DNA of 62,559 bases, counting the filler, from Vannella sp. (lineage: Eukaryota): the NCBI GenBank assembly GCA_023345925.1. It is 6 parts of 6 records of this genome, joined end to end, with 100 filler letters (N's around TTAATTAATTAA, not from the genome) between each part and the next. Parts side by side here need not be neighbours in the genome. Positions count along the whole stretch, not along the records: positions 1 to 18,682 come from JAJQQN010000590.1; positions 18,783 to 32,038 come from JAJQQN010000413.1; 4 more parts are not named here. One strand, given 5' to 3'. Both the position numbers and the translations under genes were made by a program. The notes below the pieces were generated by a model. That model searched no databases. It was not told the origin of the DNA and saw only the letters and a program-made list of their open reading frames with translations. This document shows, piece by piece, positions 11,668-23,544 of this stretch; positions within the stretch are counted from its first letter, which is position 1, and each line of letters starts with the position of its first letter.

Positions 11668-12747
11668 TTACTCTTTAGGAGAAGGAAAGGAGCGTCCGAC
11701 CCACTCTTCTGATCTTTGCCACAGAAAGTCGGCCAAGTCTTGGTCCTGGGCGAGGTGGTTGGCTCTCTTCTCTTGTAGATCAGCAAAGTACTTGCCTAGG
11801 AAGAGAGTGTGTGAGTTGGAGGGCGCGGGGCGAGAAAGGGAAGGTCATACCACCGATGCCGTTCAGAGAGGGAGAGCAGGCACAGAAGAGGGACGTCTGA
11901 GCACCGTGGAATGGGTCCTTTGTAAGGTACCAGAAGGCTGGATAGACAACAGCTAACGCTGCTCGCGCTAGAGGGTTCATTTCATCCAAAAGGTAGCGCC
12001 CCAACTCTGTCCGGATAACACCTGACCCGTGTGAGTCCCTCGGAGGTGGAGAGTGCACTTGAGAGACTCACCTGGATGTAGGCTATTCGATAAGATACCT
12101 CGGTGGGCGTAGCGACGGTTCAACTCGTTAGAAAAGAGAACATTAGCGAGTTTGGACTGTTCATAGGCTTGTGTGGTTTGATATGGGCGCTTCTCCCAGT
12201 TCAGATCATCAAGGACAAGACTCTTCACTCGTTCGTGAGCAAGAGAAGAGACGTGAACCACACGAGCTTGTCCTGAAGCCTCAAGAGCGGGAACGAGAAG
12301 GTTCGTCAGGTAGAAGTGTCCGATGTGATTGACTCCCAGCTGTATCTCAAAGCCTTGCTTTGTAAGCCAATGAGGGGTCCTCATGACACCCGCATTGTTC
12401 ACCAGAACGTCCAAACGTTGGAAGCGCGAGTAAAACGCCTCTGCACACTCTTCCACGGAGCGCAGATCCGTCAAGTCTAACGAGAGGACAGAGAGCTCTA
12501 CAGGGCGGTCGATACGAAGTCTTACCGACTCCACAGCGCGCTCTGCTTTGGCTTGATCTCGACAGGCAAGGATCACGTGAGCGCCCCGCTCTGCCAAGCC
12601 CACTACAGTCTCCAATCCTATCCCAGTATTCGCTCCAGTGACTAGAACAAGCTTTCCAGCCATAGAGATGGCCTCTTGAAACACAGGGCCGTCAAAGAAA
12701 GCCTTCCCAGGCACCGGCATGACAACAAATGAGACATTCCAAGCCAT
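11668..12747 (-). CDS. Retinol dehydrogenase 11/12-like SDR (3+ exons)
   Basis: TGANTGIG, NNAG, YEQSK catalytic motif, SLHPG|VIRTEL; last exon GKYFAD...LWQRSEEWV...*. Start uncertain. Confidence 0.9.
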
Positions 12748-12782
12748 AGCCACCCTTCGTAGCTCATTTACTGGGTTCTACA

Positions 12783-14700
12783 TCAAAGCAAGGAGAGAAG
12801 GAACTGTTTCAGGGGGCCATGGCCAACATCCTCCGCTCGATCCATTAATGTGACTTCATCCAAATCGCAGACCGAGCAAACGTCAAGTCCAGTGAGCTCT
12901 CGGCCATCCACGAGTGTACGAATATGATAAATAAAGTCTGCTTCGTAATCAAAGTTATCAGGGCACCCTGAGTAACACTCTGAAAACAAAGTATGACCGA
13001 AATGAGACAAAAGGAAAGCCAGAATTAGTGTGACCGGGGTAGAAGGACTGATACTCGCTATCATATGTTGGACAGCGTTCTCTCCTTTCCAATTTGTAGA
13101 TGAACCAGGTATCGCTTGGGCCACATCCATCATCAATTTGGCATTGCGAACGGGAAACTTTCCGGAAACTAATTCATGGGCGATTGTGTTGCCCTCTCGG
13201 TCTCGAAGATTGGGCCAGTCCAGTGACCTTTTCATGGATTGATGAAAGAAGTAAAAGGCCAATGGATGGCTTATCCAATGGTAACTGGGACAGTCATGAA
13301 TCTCCGAGCCACTTGCCAGAAGAAGAACTGCCAGTTCGAGTTGGTTATGTTGAATGGCTATTTGTAGAGGAGTTTGAATGTGATCTTCGTTGTCCATAAA
13401 GATGAAATTGGTATCCACGTCTCTTTCTAGAATCAGGGACTGAAGAAAGTCCCAATGCATTCCCAAAACTGCTGCCCGGACGACATTGACATCAATTATG
13501 GCTCCCAGTCTGATTGCCAAGTTGGCAACTTCTGTGACTGAAGGTCTTCCCGCTGTCAAGTAGCTTTTCTGATAAGTAGAAGAGAGAATGATGCTTAGAG
13601 GGGAGCTCCCGGAGGAGGTACATTGATTAATGTCAACGCCATATTGAGTCACTAAGCACTCTAACATCTCTCCATGATGCAAAGAGGCTACAATATGGAT
13701 AGGAAAGTAAATATCACCAAAAGGACCGTAGTCTAGTTCAAAGCGACTCAATGTGTGGGACAAATAAAGACTCTGCGTGATTGTTAACATCACAGCAATC
13801 CAAGACGGAGCTCAAACTGACCTGATTCTCGGTGGAAATGTAATTAAGAGCTAACAGAAGCTTTGGAAGGACCTTTTCAAAGATATTGAATGCATCTCTG
13901 CCTTGGAATGAAGCTCGAAGAGCTCTTTTGATCGTTTCTGCTGTCGGTATTGCCCCCAAGAGCAGAAGAACATCGACAAATACCTCAGAAGTGTCTTCCC
14001 ATCGCAACAAGCTGACGGACTTTGTGAGAATAGAAGCGAGCTTGTCTCTTCCTTCAACTTCTTTGTGGCAGAACGAGTGGCGTTGTTGCTCGTTCACGAA
14101 CTGGAGCAGTTCAGATTCCCCCAAGCAAGAAGTCCAATAGATCTTGCACAGGAGGATGGCTCTCCAGTCTTCTGGTATCTTGGAGTGATCAGAGATGCGT
14201 TCTAAGAGGTGGTCGCGCCAGTCCACAAGGCAATGCTCCATGACAGAGATCAGAGGGCGACCAACAATGTTATTGTGGGAGTGGACGACGTAGCCAAAGG
14301 TAGCCTCCATGGCTGCCTTGAAGATAGTCCCATGTAGAATCGACTTGGAAGAGCTGATTGCTCGTATCTGCCGGTAATGCGCTCTCATTCCTCCTTTGAT
14401 GACGCCAGCTCGTTCGACCAGTGTCCGAGCGTCTGGGTGTATCAGAGAACGTAGCGATGGAGGGATACATTCCATCTCAAGGACTCTCTCTGAAGCCTTC
14501 CGTTGAAGGGAACCAGCGAGGTGCTGTTGACAGCCAAAGTCGCGGACACACAGGGCACGCCACACTCTCTCATCCTGCGTGATTTGCAGCGCTTGTCTCG
14601 AGACTAACGCAAAGGAAAGCACTTCCTGACACTCCAACTCTTCCAAAACATCCAAAAGGATCTCAGTCGGGAGATCAAACAACCCCAAGCTACCTGCCAT
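12783..14700 (-). CDS. F-box protein with ankyrin repeats (2 exons)
   Basis: N-terminal F-box LFDLPTEILLDVLEEL..VSRQ..DERVWRALC; GT-AG intron at ~13772-13820; ankyrin motifs FPIHIVA, TPLQIAI, GNTIAHEL. Confidence 0.75.
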
Positions 14701-15001
14701 TAAATGACCATAACAAAATAGATCTCTAATTCAATTGCGGATGGGAGTGATCCGGGAGACTTGCCTTTCGTATTCGCTCCCAATTATCACGTCATTATTG
14801 CGACTCGATGATCTTGGTCAATTGTGCAATCAACAAAGCTCGCCAGCGTTCTAATTGGATACCTAGTAGTATCTGAAATGGAAGAGGAGTTTGCTGCATT
14901 CTGTTGATGGAGTCTTTGAGGAGCTGCGGAGAGATGGCTTGTCAACGTTCTGCGGGGAACCAAGCGCTCTGTATGAGCTGTGTGGGTAAGAAAATCATTC
15001 T

Positions 15002-16282
15002 AAATGGGCTCGGGTTGCTGATGACTGCGAAGCCAATGAAGAAGGCCTCTCTGAGGCGTACGGGACCTTTGGTTCGGACATTCCGTTTGGAGAACCCTAC
15101 TGGTACCGAGAGGGGCTCCAGAGTCCATTCTACAATGAAAGCCATCGTCAGTTTCGAGCTACTGTTCGTGACTTTGTGGAGAAAGAGCTCACTCCGTACG
15201 TCCACGAGTGGGACGAGGAGGGCACATTCCCTCCTGAGTTGCACGAGAAAGCGTACCGTGCAGGTATCTACGGTGCCATATGGCCTGAGAAGTATGGTGG
15301 GACACCGCCTGCCAAGTTTGACGCCTTCCACGACCTCATTCTGATCGACGAGCTGTCCCGTTGTGCTGCCGGAGGCGTTCTTTGGTCTTGTTTCTTCTGC
15401 TTTGGCATCGCTTTACCTCCTATCTTGAACATTGGATCGGACTATCTGAAGGACAAGGTTGCCCGCGATGTCATCACAGGCCAGAAGATAATGTGCCTTG
15501 CTGTTACCGAACCATCTTCGGGGTCTGATGTTGCTGGACTCACTACGACAGCCAGACGGGAAGGTGACTACTTCATTGTGAATGGAGCAAAGAAGTTCAT
15601 CACTGGAGGCATGAAAGCGGACTACTTTACCACTGCAGTGCGAACTGGAGGCGAAGGAATGGGAGGAATCTCCCTTTTGTTGCTCGAGAAGGGTATGCCA
15701 GGAATCTCTGTACGTCGTATGAAGACTCAAGGCTGGTGGATATCAAACACGGCATACATCACCTTCGAAGATGTCCGAGTTCCTGTGAGAAACCTCATTG
15801 GAGAAGAGAACAAAGGATTCTATTCCATCATGAGCAACTTTAACCATGAACGCTTCGTTCTTGCCGCTATGGCAAACCGCTATGCTCGAGTGTGCTTGGA
15901 AGAATCGATTAAGTACGGAAGAGTGAGGAAGACATTCTCCAAGAGACTGATGGACCACCAAGTCATTCGTCACAAGGTGGCTGAGATGGCCCGCGAGGTG
16001 GAGAGCACTCATGCTCTACTAGAATTGATTGCTTATCAGATGGCCAGTGGCGTGGATGACCGCCAATTCGCAGGTCTCATTGCGTTAGCGAAAGTCCAAG
16101 CCACCAAGACCATGGAACTTTGCACCCGCGAAGCGTCCCAGATCTTTGGTGGTGCTTCTTGCATCCGCGGAGGACAAGGAGAGAAAGTAGAACGACTGTA
16201 CCGAGAGACTCGAGTCAACGCTATCGGTGGAGGCTCAGAGGAGGTCTTGATGGACTTGGCAATGCGCCAGGCCAAATTGTAA
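15002..16282 (+). CDS. Acyl-CoA dehydrogenase; 5' exon/start unresolved (~14880-15000)
   Basis: Frame open from 15002 (FGSDIPFGEPYWY..). Motifs CLAVTEPSSGSDVAGL, NGAKKFITGG, FNHERF, QIFGG, IGGGSEEVL. Confidence 0.9.
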   Translation, partial: KWARVADDCEANEEGLSEAYGTFGSDIPFGEPYWYREGLQSPFYNESHRQFRATVRDFVEKELTPYVHEWDEEGTFPPELHEKAYRAGIYGAIWPEKYGGTPPAKFDAFHDLILIDELSRCAAGGVLWSCFFCFGIALPPILNIGSDYLKDKVARDVITGQKIMCLAVTEPSSGSDVAGLTTTARREGDYFIVNGAKKFITGGMKADYFTTAVRTGGEGMGGISLLLLEKGMPGISVRRMKTQGWWISNTAYITFEDVRVPVRNLIGEENKGFYSIMSNFNHERFVLAAMANRYARVCLEESIKYGRVRKTFSKRLMDHQVIRHKVAEMAREVESTHALLELIAYQMASGVDDRQFAGLIALAKVQATKTMELCTREASQIFGGASCIRGGQGEKVERLYRETRVNAIGGGSEEVLMDLAMRQAKL

Positions 16283-16360
16283 CGCGCCGGAATGAATTGA
16301 CTTGACAGAGAATTTATGGAAGGGGAAATAGGGTGTACAGTATAGAGGAATGAAGAGTAT

Positions 16361-18422
16361 TCACTTTTTCTTCTTGGGATCTTCCGTTCGCAGTCGGCTG
16401 GACAGATTCTTGAACATTCCTATCGCACCGGCGGGAGGAGGGGGAGGAGGAGCTGCCCGTCCAGTGAGAACTCTGTTACTTGATGGCGGAGGAGGTCTTG
16501 CAAACTGTGGAGCGCTGGTTCCCCTCCCAATCTTTGTTTTTCCAGCTGGTAACATCACCTTGACTGCCCGTCCATTGTCGATTTTGCCCAATTTCTTGGG
16601 GGCCGTTTTGGACACTTTAGGGGTGGCCACTCGGCGACTCCCGTTGTCTTTCTCCTTCTCCTTTTCCTTTTTCACCTCAGGTACCTTGATGATTATTTCT
16701 GGCTCCACATAAGTGCCAGCGGCGATTTGCTCGTCTGTCATTAGAGTGAGATTCCAAAAAGATCTCAATCAGATGGAGTGTCATACCTTTCTTCGCCTTG
16801 GCGTCGGCAGCAGCTTTGAGAGCTTTCAGTTGGAATTCTCGGACCATGCTTTTGATTTCCTTGACCCATTCCACCTTCTCTTCTTGAGTGTTGAACACAA
16901 AGAGGAAAGCGAACTTCTTCTCATCGTCATCTTTGGGAACCACTTGACATGCATGCTTGATTGTCTCTGTGTCACCCACATCAACTATCTTGATGTCGTC
17001 TAAGAAGAACTTTGCTTTGAAGTGGTCTTTCGCAGTGTTTCCCATCATGCTCTTTCGAGGCTTTGTAAGGACAATGAGGTCGTTGAACACATAGGTGTTG
17101 CGTTCGCGTGCCCTCCCATTCTCCACCACTTTGATAGAGCCTTCGCGTACGAACCGTCGAGATGGTTCGACGAGATTAAGAGCCTCCGTGGATTCAATCT
17201 GATCTTGGACATCCAGAATCTTCTGCAAGTTCTCTGCTAGTCGTTTCCGGTCATTGACGTAAGCCACAATCTCTTCTATCTTGTTCAATGACTTGACTAA
17301 ATCAGCCTGATCGAAATGGTCATCTTCTGTCACTCTCAGAAGGTCTCTGAGAAGCAAAGGATACTTGCAAATACGCTGAATGGGTTTGATGAGGAAGGAA
17401 AAGAGCGTTAGACCGCGACACTCCTCGGCGCCCATCATCTCTTGCAGATACTGTTCAAAAGCGCTGTTGTCTTTGGAGAGTTTGTCCAAAGTGGCAATGA
17501 ATTTCGGTTGGTTGGAACAGTAGGAAGCATACAGCTTGAAGTAATCAGCCATCTCAATGAAGATGGTGCCAATAGTGAGCTTCTCCACGTCTTCTTCGGT
17601 CTCCAAACGCCCAAGCAACTGTTGGTTGACGGGAACAAGCACTTGGAGGTTGGAAAAGAGGGCAGCGTGGTCTTCCTTGCCTATCAGGTTCTTCTCTAGT
17701 AAGGGTCGGATGAAGAGGCGAGCGACAATCTCAATGTCTTTGACGTAATCTCGCTCAGTTTGGATGATCTCAGCGAGAACCATCTTCCTGTGTCTGGCAT
17801 TACCTTCACGCTTGGCTTCGATCTCCTCAGGAGTTAAGACCTCCTCGTCAGCCTTCGGTTTGTCCTCTTCAGCCTTCGGTTCTCCCTCTTCCTCCACTTT
17901 GGGCGTCGCTTGGGTGGCTGGCTTCGTTGGGATTCCTCCTCGGCCAGGTCCGTTGGGTTGGCCCCGAGTAGGACCTGACCCTCTTTTGCCACGTGGTTCG
18001 CCACCACGACCTCGAACGTTGCCTCGAGCAGGGTTCGGTCCACCTCTTGGAGCTCCCCTTCCTCGGATGGGTTGGGCACCCCTTGAACGCATAGGAGCTC
18101 CTCGAGGAGCAGCGCCAGCTCCTACTTGAGGGAGTGGGCGCCCACGAGCAGCAGGCGTAGATTGAGGAGCGACACTTTTTGTTGGTGGCTCGTTTGGAGG
18201 CTCGTCTGGTGTCTCCTCTTCCTCCTCCTCTGGTTCTTCCTCTTCCTCCTCGATTATCCGTAAATAGGTGTTAGGGCAGATCCCCGCAACACCCTGAAAG
18301 ACCACGTCGGCCCAACCATCCTCTCCCATAGCGAGAACCTCCACTTCCGCTCCCGCAACCAACGAGAGCTCCTCCTCCGTCTCCCCGTCAAAGTCCGCTA
18401 ACACGATACCAACTTGACTCAT
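16361..18422 (-). CDS. SH3-DH(RhoGEF)-PH protein with Pro-rich tail (2 exons)
   Basis: SH3 VLADFDGETEEELSL..DGW..GICPNTY; RGG-rich linker; DH EIIQTERDYV..LIKPIQRICKYPLLL; PH ending EWVKEI; intron ~16736-16787. Confidence 0.9.
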
Positions 18423-18539
18423 CCTCCTGTCCAGTACAGCACAAAGAAAGTCCAACGACGAGACCAAGGCCTGTGTCGGCTAAAAATGGCCCCAAATCAT
18501 GAAATTTCGCTCTTTTTTACCATTTGAACATTATTATTA

Positions 18540-18682
18540 ATGGCCTGGACACACTTGGTAGGCTCGGTGGGCTGGTTTGGGTTGTATCTGGCGATCGGAT
18601 GGAGCTCGTGGCTGCTAACCAACTCGTTGTTCATTGAAGTGCCTTACTTTGCGGAGGTCTTACCAGGAGGCTTTGCGATCGC
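18540..18682 (+). CDS. 5' fragment of a probable membrane/secreted protein, cut by linker
   Basis: ATG plus hydrophobic N-terminus, divergent from the RhoGEF start; runs into the N linker. Confidence 0.35.
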
Positions 18683-18782
18683 NNNNNNNNNNNNNNNNNN
18701 NNNNNNNNNNNNNNNNNNNNNNNNNNTTAATTAATTAANNNNNNNNNNNNNNNNNNNNNNNNNNNNNNNNNNNNNNNNNNNN
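18683..18782. other. Artificial contig linker (N44-TTAATTAATTAA-N44)
   Basis: 100-nt spacer with stops in all six frames; identical at five places. Confidence 0.97.
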
Positions 18783-18914
18783 TCCTTCATCCTCCTCGTC
18801 ATCTGGCTCATCATCGTACTCCACAGACTCTTCCGAGTTCTCAATTCCATCATCTCCTTCCTCCTCTTCCTCCTCCAAGCCACTCCCCCCAACCCAGACA
18901 GCCCGAGACGCCAT
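18783..18914 (-). CDS. 5' fragment of a protein with acidic N-terminus, cut by linker
   Basis: MASRAVWVGGSGLEEEEEEGDDG..., divergent from the DPP-IV gene. Confidence 0.4.
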
Positions 18915-18997
18915 CTCGCCGATACCAACGAACAATGACGTCCCTACATGCCTCTAGTCCCTGTCTTCTCTACCTAGAACATCATTTCCTCCTCGCC

Positions 18998-21160
18998 ATG
19001 ACGATAGCGCACGAGGACGTCGTGGTTTTGCCCGCCCCTGGCTCGGCGGCTCCTTCTTCGTTCACTTTCTCGGCTGATGGCTCGTTCGTGATGTACTTGG
19101 CGCCTACTGATGCAGAGGGGAGTATGAGCTTGTTTCGCTTCGATTGCGGGACTGGGGAGGAGACGGTGCTGGTGGGCCCACCCAAGGAGGAAGGCGAGAT
19201 GTCGTTGGAGGAGGAGCTACGGCGCCAGCGTGCGAGGAGCCTGGTGACGGGGGTGACCTCTTACATGTACAATGATGAAAGTGGAATCGTATTGGTGCCG
19301 CTGAATGGGTGCCTCTACTATGTGAAGGAAGATGGAGAGCTCCGCGAAATTGTCCAAGGGGCGATCACTCCAGCTCTCTCAAAGGACGGGAAGCACCTCG
19401 CCTACGTGCAGGATGATGAAGTTTATCTCATTCGCGACTTCCTTGAGGCTGGAGAGCCCGAGCAGGTCACCTGGGGAGCAAGAGGAACCGGCAAGACCAA
19501 TGGTTTGGCCGACTACATTGCCCAGGAGGAGCTCCACCGTAACGAAGGGTTCTGGATGTCTCCTTCAGCTTCTCATGTTGCCTATTGCCAAGTAGATGAA
19601 ACCAACATCCCTCTCTACACCATTGTACACCAAGGCAAAGAGCAACTGGCCAGCGAGGCCCATCGTTATCCCTTTGCTGGGTGTGACAATGGCCAAGTAC
19701 GTCTAGCAGTCACTGGTCTTGTCACAGAACAAGCCAGAGAGCCTATCTGGATGGACCTGGAGTACGAGGGAGACCAGGAGATGTCAGAAACCTACATTGC
19801 CACAGTCTTTTGGTGGAAGAATGGGGACCTTGGCGCTCAGATACTGAATCGCTCTCAAACCAGGCTTGATCTTGTCCGATTTGACATCAAAACAGGCAAG
19901 AGAGAGCTGGTTCTCCAAGAACGCAACCAGGCTTGGGTCAATCTGTTTGACGGATTCCTTTCTTTCAAGGAGTTGAGCACAGGAGGGTTCATTTGGCTCT
20001 CTGAGAGGGACGGGTTTGCTCATCTCTATCTCATTGCACAAGATGGAGCGGCCACACAGTTGACCAAAGGAGATTGGGTGGTGGATGAGTTGATTGCTGT
20101 GGATGAGAAGGAGCGAAAGGTCTTCTTCATAGGGAATCGAGGGAATCCGACGCAAGAACTTTTCTTTGAAGCGTCCTTGGATGGACAGACCGACGCACGG
20201 CAACTATCGGATCAGGAGGGCAGCTATCTTGTTCGCGTTGATCCGAATTGCACTCGATTTGTGAGCTCACACTCCTCTCTGCATGACCAAAGATCGGTTA
20301 CCCTTCGCAGTTTAGCTGATGGGAGAGAACTGCACCAAATTTACCGCTTTATGGACCCCAGAGTTGCTCAGTTTGAGCTCACTCCTCCTGAGCTTATCAC
20401 CTTCTGCAATCGGGATGGAGTTACGCTTCATGGATGCCTTTACCGCCCTAATCCTCAAAAGTTTGGAGAAGGGCCGTATCCAACTGTGGTTTATGTCTAT
20501 GGCGGCCCTGGCCCTCAGTTGGTCCGCAATGATTGGGCATTGACTTGCAACTTGAAGCTTCAAATGCTTCGACAAAGGGGATTCTTGGTGTTCTCTGTGG
20601 ATAATCAAGGAAGTGCTCGCCGTGGGATGGACTTTGAAAGCAAAATTCATCGTAAAATGGGCACTGTGGAGGTTGATGATCAAGTTGATGGAGTTCACTG
20701 GTTAATCAAACAAAATCTAACCCTCCCAGATCGCGTTGGAGTGACTGGATGGAGTTACGGAGGGTATATGACACTTCTGTGCCTGATGAAAGCTCCAGAA
20801 GTGTTCCATGTCGGAGTGTCCGGTGCTCCTGTGACTCTCTGGGAGCTTTATGATACTGCCTACACAGAGAGGTACATGGAAACTCCTCAGAGCAATCCAG
20901 AGGGTTACAAAGAGGCAAGTGTGTTGGAAGTGGCCTGCCATCTATCAGGAAAGCTCTTACTGATCCACGGCATGCTGGATGAGAACGTTCTGTTTCGTCA
21001 CAGCGCTCGCCTTATGAACGCTCTTAATCGAGAAAGAAAGACTTATGATACTCTTCTCTTTCCAGATGAGCGGCACATGCCCCGCCTCAAGGATGACCGT
21101 ATTTTCCTCAACCAACGCCTTGTCGGTTTCTTCGAACAGCACCTTCGGAACCCTCTCTAG
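18998..21160 (+). CDS. Dipeptidyl peptidase IV family (S9B) serine peptidase, intronless
   Basis: DPPIV_N propeller (GLADYIAQEE, YPFAG); VYGGPGPQLV; nucleophile motif GWSYGG; HGMLDENV; FPDERH. Confidence 0.93.
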   Translation: MTIAHEDVVVLPAPGSAAPSSFTFSADGSFVMYLAPTDAEGSMSLFRFDCGTGEETVLVGPPKEEGEMSLEEELRRQRARSLVTGVTSYMYNDESGIVLVPLNGCLYYVKEDGELREIVQGAITPALSKDGKHLAYVQDDEVYLIRDFLEAGEPEQVTWGARGTGKTNGLADYIAQEELHRNEGFWMSPSASHVAYCQVDETNIPLYTIVHQGKEQLASEAHRYPFAGCDNGQVRLAVTGLVTEQAREPIWMDLEYEGDQEMSETYIATVFWWKNGDLGAQILNRSQTRLDLVRFDIKTGKRELVLQERNQAWVNLFDGFLSFKELSTGGFIWLSERDGFAHLYLIAQDGAATQLTKGDWVVDELIAVDEKERKVFFIGNRGNPTQELFFEASLDGQTDARQLSDQEGSYLVRVDPNCTRFVSSHSSLHDQRSVTLRSLADGRELHQIYRFMDPRVAQFELTPPELITFCNRDGVTLHGCLYRPNPQKFGEGPYPTVVYVYGGPGPQLVRNDWALTCNLKLQMLRQRGFLVFSVDNQGSARRGMDFESKIHRKMGTVEVDDQVDGVHWLIKQNLTLPDRVGVTGWSYGGYMTLLCLMKAPEVFHVGVSGAPVTLWELYDTAYTERYMETPQSNPEGYKEASVLEVACHLSGKLLLIHGMLDENVLFRHSARLMNALNRERKTYDTLLFPDERHMPRLKDDRIFLNQRLVGFFEQHLRNPL

Positions 21161-21207
21161 TGCGCTACAAATGAACTCATTCTCGCATAAACCCAAGTTC
21201 ACTGTCT

Positions 21208-21273
21208 CGGGGACCCTAACAAGTCTAAAACAAGTCTTCCGTATGAAGAGACCAATCGAGCTCATCTTCAGTC
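21208..21273 (+). repeat. 66-bp direct repeat, copy 1
   Basis: Ungapped 58/66 match (hand count) to 23166-23231. Confidence 0.85.
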
Positions 21274-21703
21274 GGACTTCGAACGCGATTGCACAGCTCG
21301 TATGTACTGGATGCATTGACACCACATCTTGAGACCCATTCTGAACCGCGATGTTGCTATGGGCCCCAGGTGAGAGTGAATGTCGTGCCACGGCTCGCGA
21401 ACTCTCTCGTGACACATGACCAGACTTGATGGAAGTCGGTCTTGTGGTGAGTCTCCAACGTACGGTAGAGTGTATGTTGAGGAGTGTCCCAACGGCCATC
21501 ACACAGATCGAGACCTCCCACAAAGGTGTCCCAATGGTGCATTCTCATCCGCATCCTTGGAACGGAGGCTGTCGAGAATGATGGACTTTGATAAACAATG
21601 GCAGCTTTTGCGCAGGTGGAGGGCCAAAGAGAAGGCCAAAGAGAGGGGAAAGTGTGGGAGGAGGATTCTTGGCGGATTCCTTCATTCTTTGTTGGCGGCC
21701 AGG

Positions 21704-23107
21704 ATGAGGTGGTGTTGTCTTGTGATGGTGATGATCGTTCAATGGATGTGTTGGGGCGAGGTGGCAGCAGAAGTGACTCTTTATATGGACGCCGGTGCGG
21801 AGGAAGGAGGAGATGGGACCCTGGAGAAGCCTTTCGTGTCCCTCCAAGAGGCCATGTCAAGCTCTCAGGGCGCCCTGAAGATTGTGATGAAACCAGGACT
21901 CTACGGAGGCTTGGGCAACACGAACCAAGTCTGCGCGAGGCAGATTTCAGTTACAGCTTTCTACTCGCCAACTGCTACCCCTTCACCCTCCAAGACTGTT
22001 CCGTCACCTCCCTCCCAGCTCACCGAAGTCATCTTTGAAGGCTCACTGTCTTCTGAGTCGAGCTATGTGTTCCAGGTCCAGCAGGATTGCGCGTTGGACT
22101 TGAATGGAATCGAGTTCTGGAACCACAGCTCCGTAATCACACAGAGCCACGAGGAAGATGCACACACAAGAGAAAGCAAGGTCAGCGCTCGTAACTGCAG
22201 GTTCTTTGGCGTCAGAGACGATGCCATCTCTTTGCTCAAGGGTAGAACTTCTCTCCAAGTTCAGGATTGCCGAGTGGAGGGTGGAGGCGGACTCTTTGTA
22301 CGTGGAGTGGGAAAGCCTGGCTCCAAGAGTGATTTCTCGATTTCCCACAGCAAGATTCAGGGAAGAGGAGGGATTCATTTAGAGAACGTTACAACTCAGA
22401 ATATCCTTCATGTAACCTTTGATGAAATGGAGGAGCGCGCTATCGACCTTCTGCTGATCCCACAGGCGTTCACGACGGTTTTTGATTGCACCTTCCGGAG
22501 TCCCAAGGTCGCTTTGGATCGAGGAACTGCAATCTTGGCGAGAACTTCCAATGAGGGGTCCATAGGCCATGTCTCGTTGAGTTACTGTGAGTTCCAAAAC
22601 ATCACTTCCTCAAAGGGAGGAGCAGTGTACTTGGAGTGGGTGGAACAATCCTCTGTCTCATGCACATTCTTGAATTGCAATGCGTTGGAAGGGGGATCTA
22701 TCTACGCCAAGGACAGCACCGGTACTATTCGGGATTGCACATTTGATAGTTCTGCCCAACAAGGCGGCGCCATCTTCTTGGACAACAGCACGATCACCCT
22801 CAAGACCTCTCATTTCTCGACCAGCTGCCAAGCAGAAGAAGGCGCCTTTGTGTTCTGTCAAAACTCTTCCGTCAGTGCAGACCAATCCATTGAAACGCAG
22901 CTTTTCCAGTCCCAAAGCAACACCCAATGCGACAGTGTGACTCTCTGTTGTGATTATGATGAGGAAAATGAGCACTTTTGGATCATCATCCTCGGCTGCA
23001 CCGCTGCAGGCCTTTGGTTAGTGCTTCTTGTGGTCTTTCTCATCTTCATCCTGGTCGCAAGATGGAAGCGCACCCAATCGTATGAAAGCGTTGAGAATTC
23101 TCAATAA
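21704..23107 (+). CDS. Type I membrane protein with right-handed beta-helix (pectin-lyase/polymorphic-membrane-protein-like) ectodomain
   Basis: Signal-like MRWCCLVMVMIV; GDGTLEKPFVSLQEA..MKPGLYGG N-cap; GGAVY/GGSIY/GGAIF repeats; C-terminal TM and YESV tail. Confidence 0.7.
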   Translation: MRWCCLVMVMIVQWMCWGEVAAEVTLYMDAGAEEGGDGTLEKPFVSLQEAMSSSQGALKIVMKPGLYGGLGNTNQVCARQISVTAFYSPTATPSPSKTVPSPPSQLTEVIFEGSLSSESSYVFQVQQDCALDLNGIEFWNHSSVITQSHEEDAHTRESKVSARNCRFFGVRDDAISLLKGRTSLQVQDCRVEGGGGLFVRGVGKPGSKSDFSISHSKIQGRGGIHLENVTTQNILHVTFDEMEERAIDLLLIPQAFTTVFDCTFRSPKVALDRGTAILARTSNEGSIGHVSLSYCEFQNITSSKGGAVYLEWVEQSSVSCTFLNCNALEGGSIYAKDSTGTIRDCTFDSSAQQGGAIFLDNSTITLKTSHFSTSCQAEEGAFVFCQNSSVSADQSIETQLFQSQSNTQCDSVTLCCDYDEENEHFWIIILGCTAAGLWLVLLVVFLIFILVARWKRTQSYESVENSQ

Positions 23108-23165
23108 AGAAGGGCAGTACCTTACCATCGCCGACTCCGTCAAAGATAGCAGGACAATCTGCTTC

Positions 23166-23231
23166 CGGGGACCCTTAAAAGTCTAAAACATATCTTCCGC
23201 CTGAAGAGACCAATCGTACTCATCTTCAGTC
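23166..23231 (+). repeat. 66-bp direct repeat, copy 2
   Basis: Ungapped 58/66 match to 21208-21273. Confidence 0.85.
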
Positions 23232-23544
23232 AACCTTCTACCTTCACTGGTTCCAAGAGCGCATCCTTGAATCACCCACGTCGTTAGAGTTCATTCCTTT
23301 GCTTTGAAGAAGACGGTCTTTGGCAAGACCAAGATAACCAGAGGGCCAAGGAAGCGGCTTCCTCGGCCGGAAACGCGTTGAAGAGATCCGGATTGAACTG
23401 GACCAAGCAACAGGTCACCGAAACCTCCTCCACTCCTTTAGAGAGTTTGTCTACATTTGGCCTCTCCCGCCCTCTCTGAAAGTGTCTGAAGGGAACCGAT
23501 GAATTCATTAATGTACACCGCTTGTGGGGACAGCTTGCGCTGGT

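Noticed and set aside
21416..21703. N-terminal extension of the 563-aa ORF
   Set aside because: A signal-peptide-like start at 21704 is more plausible; the upstream part looks non-coding.
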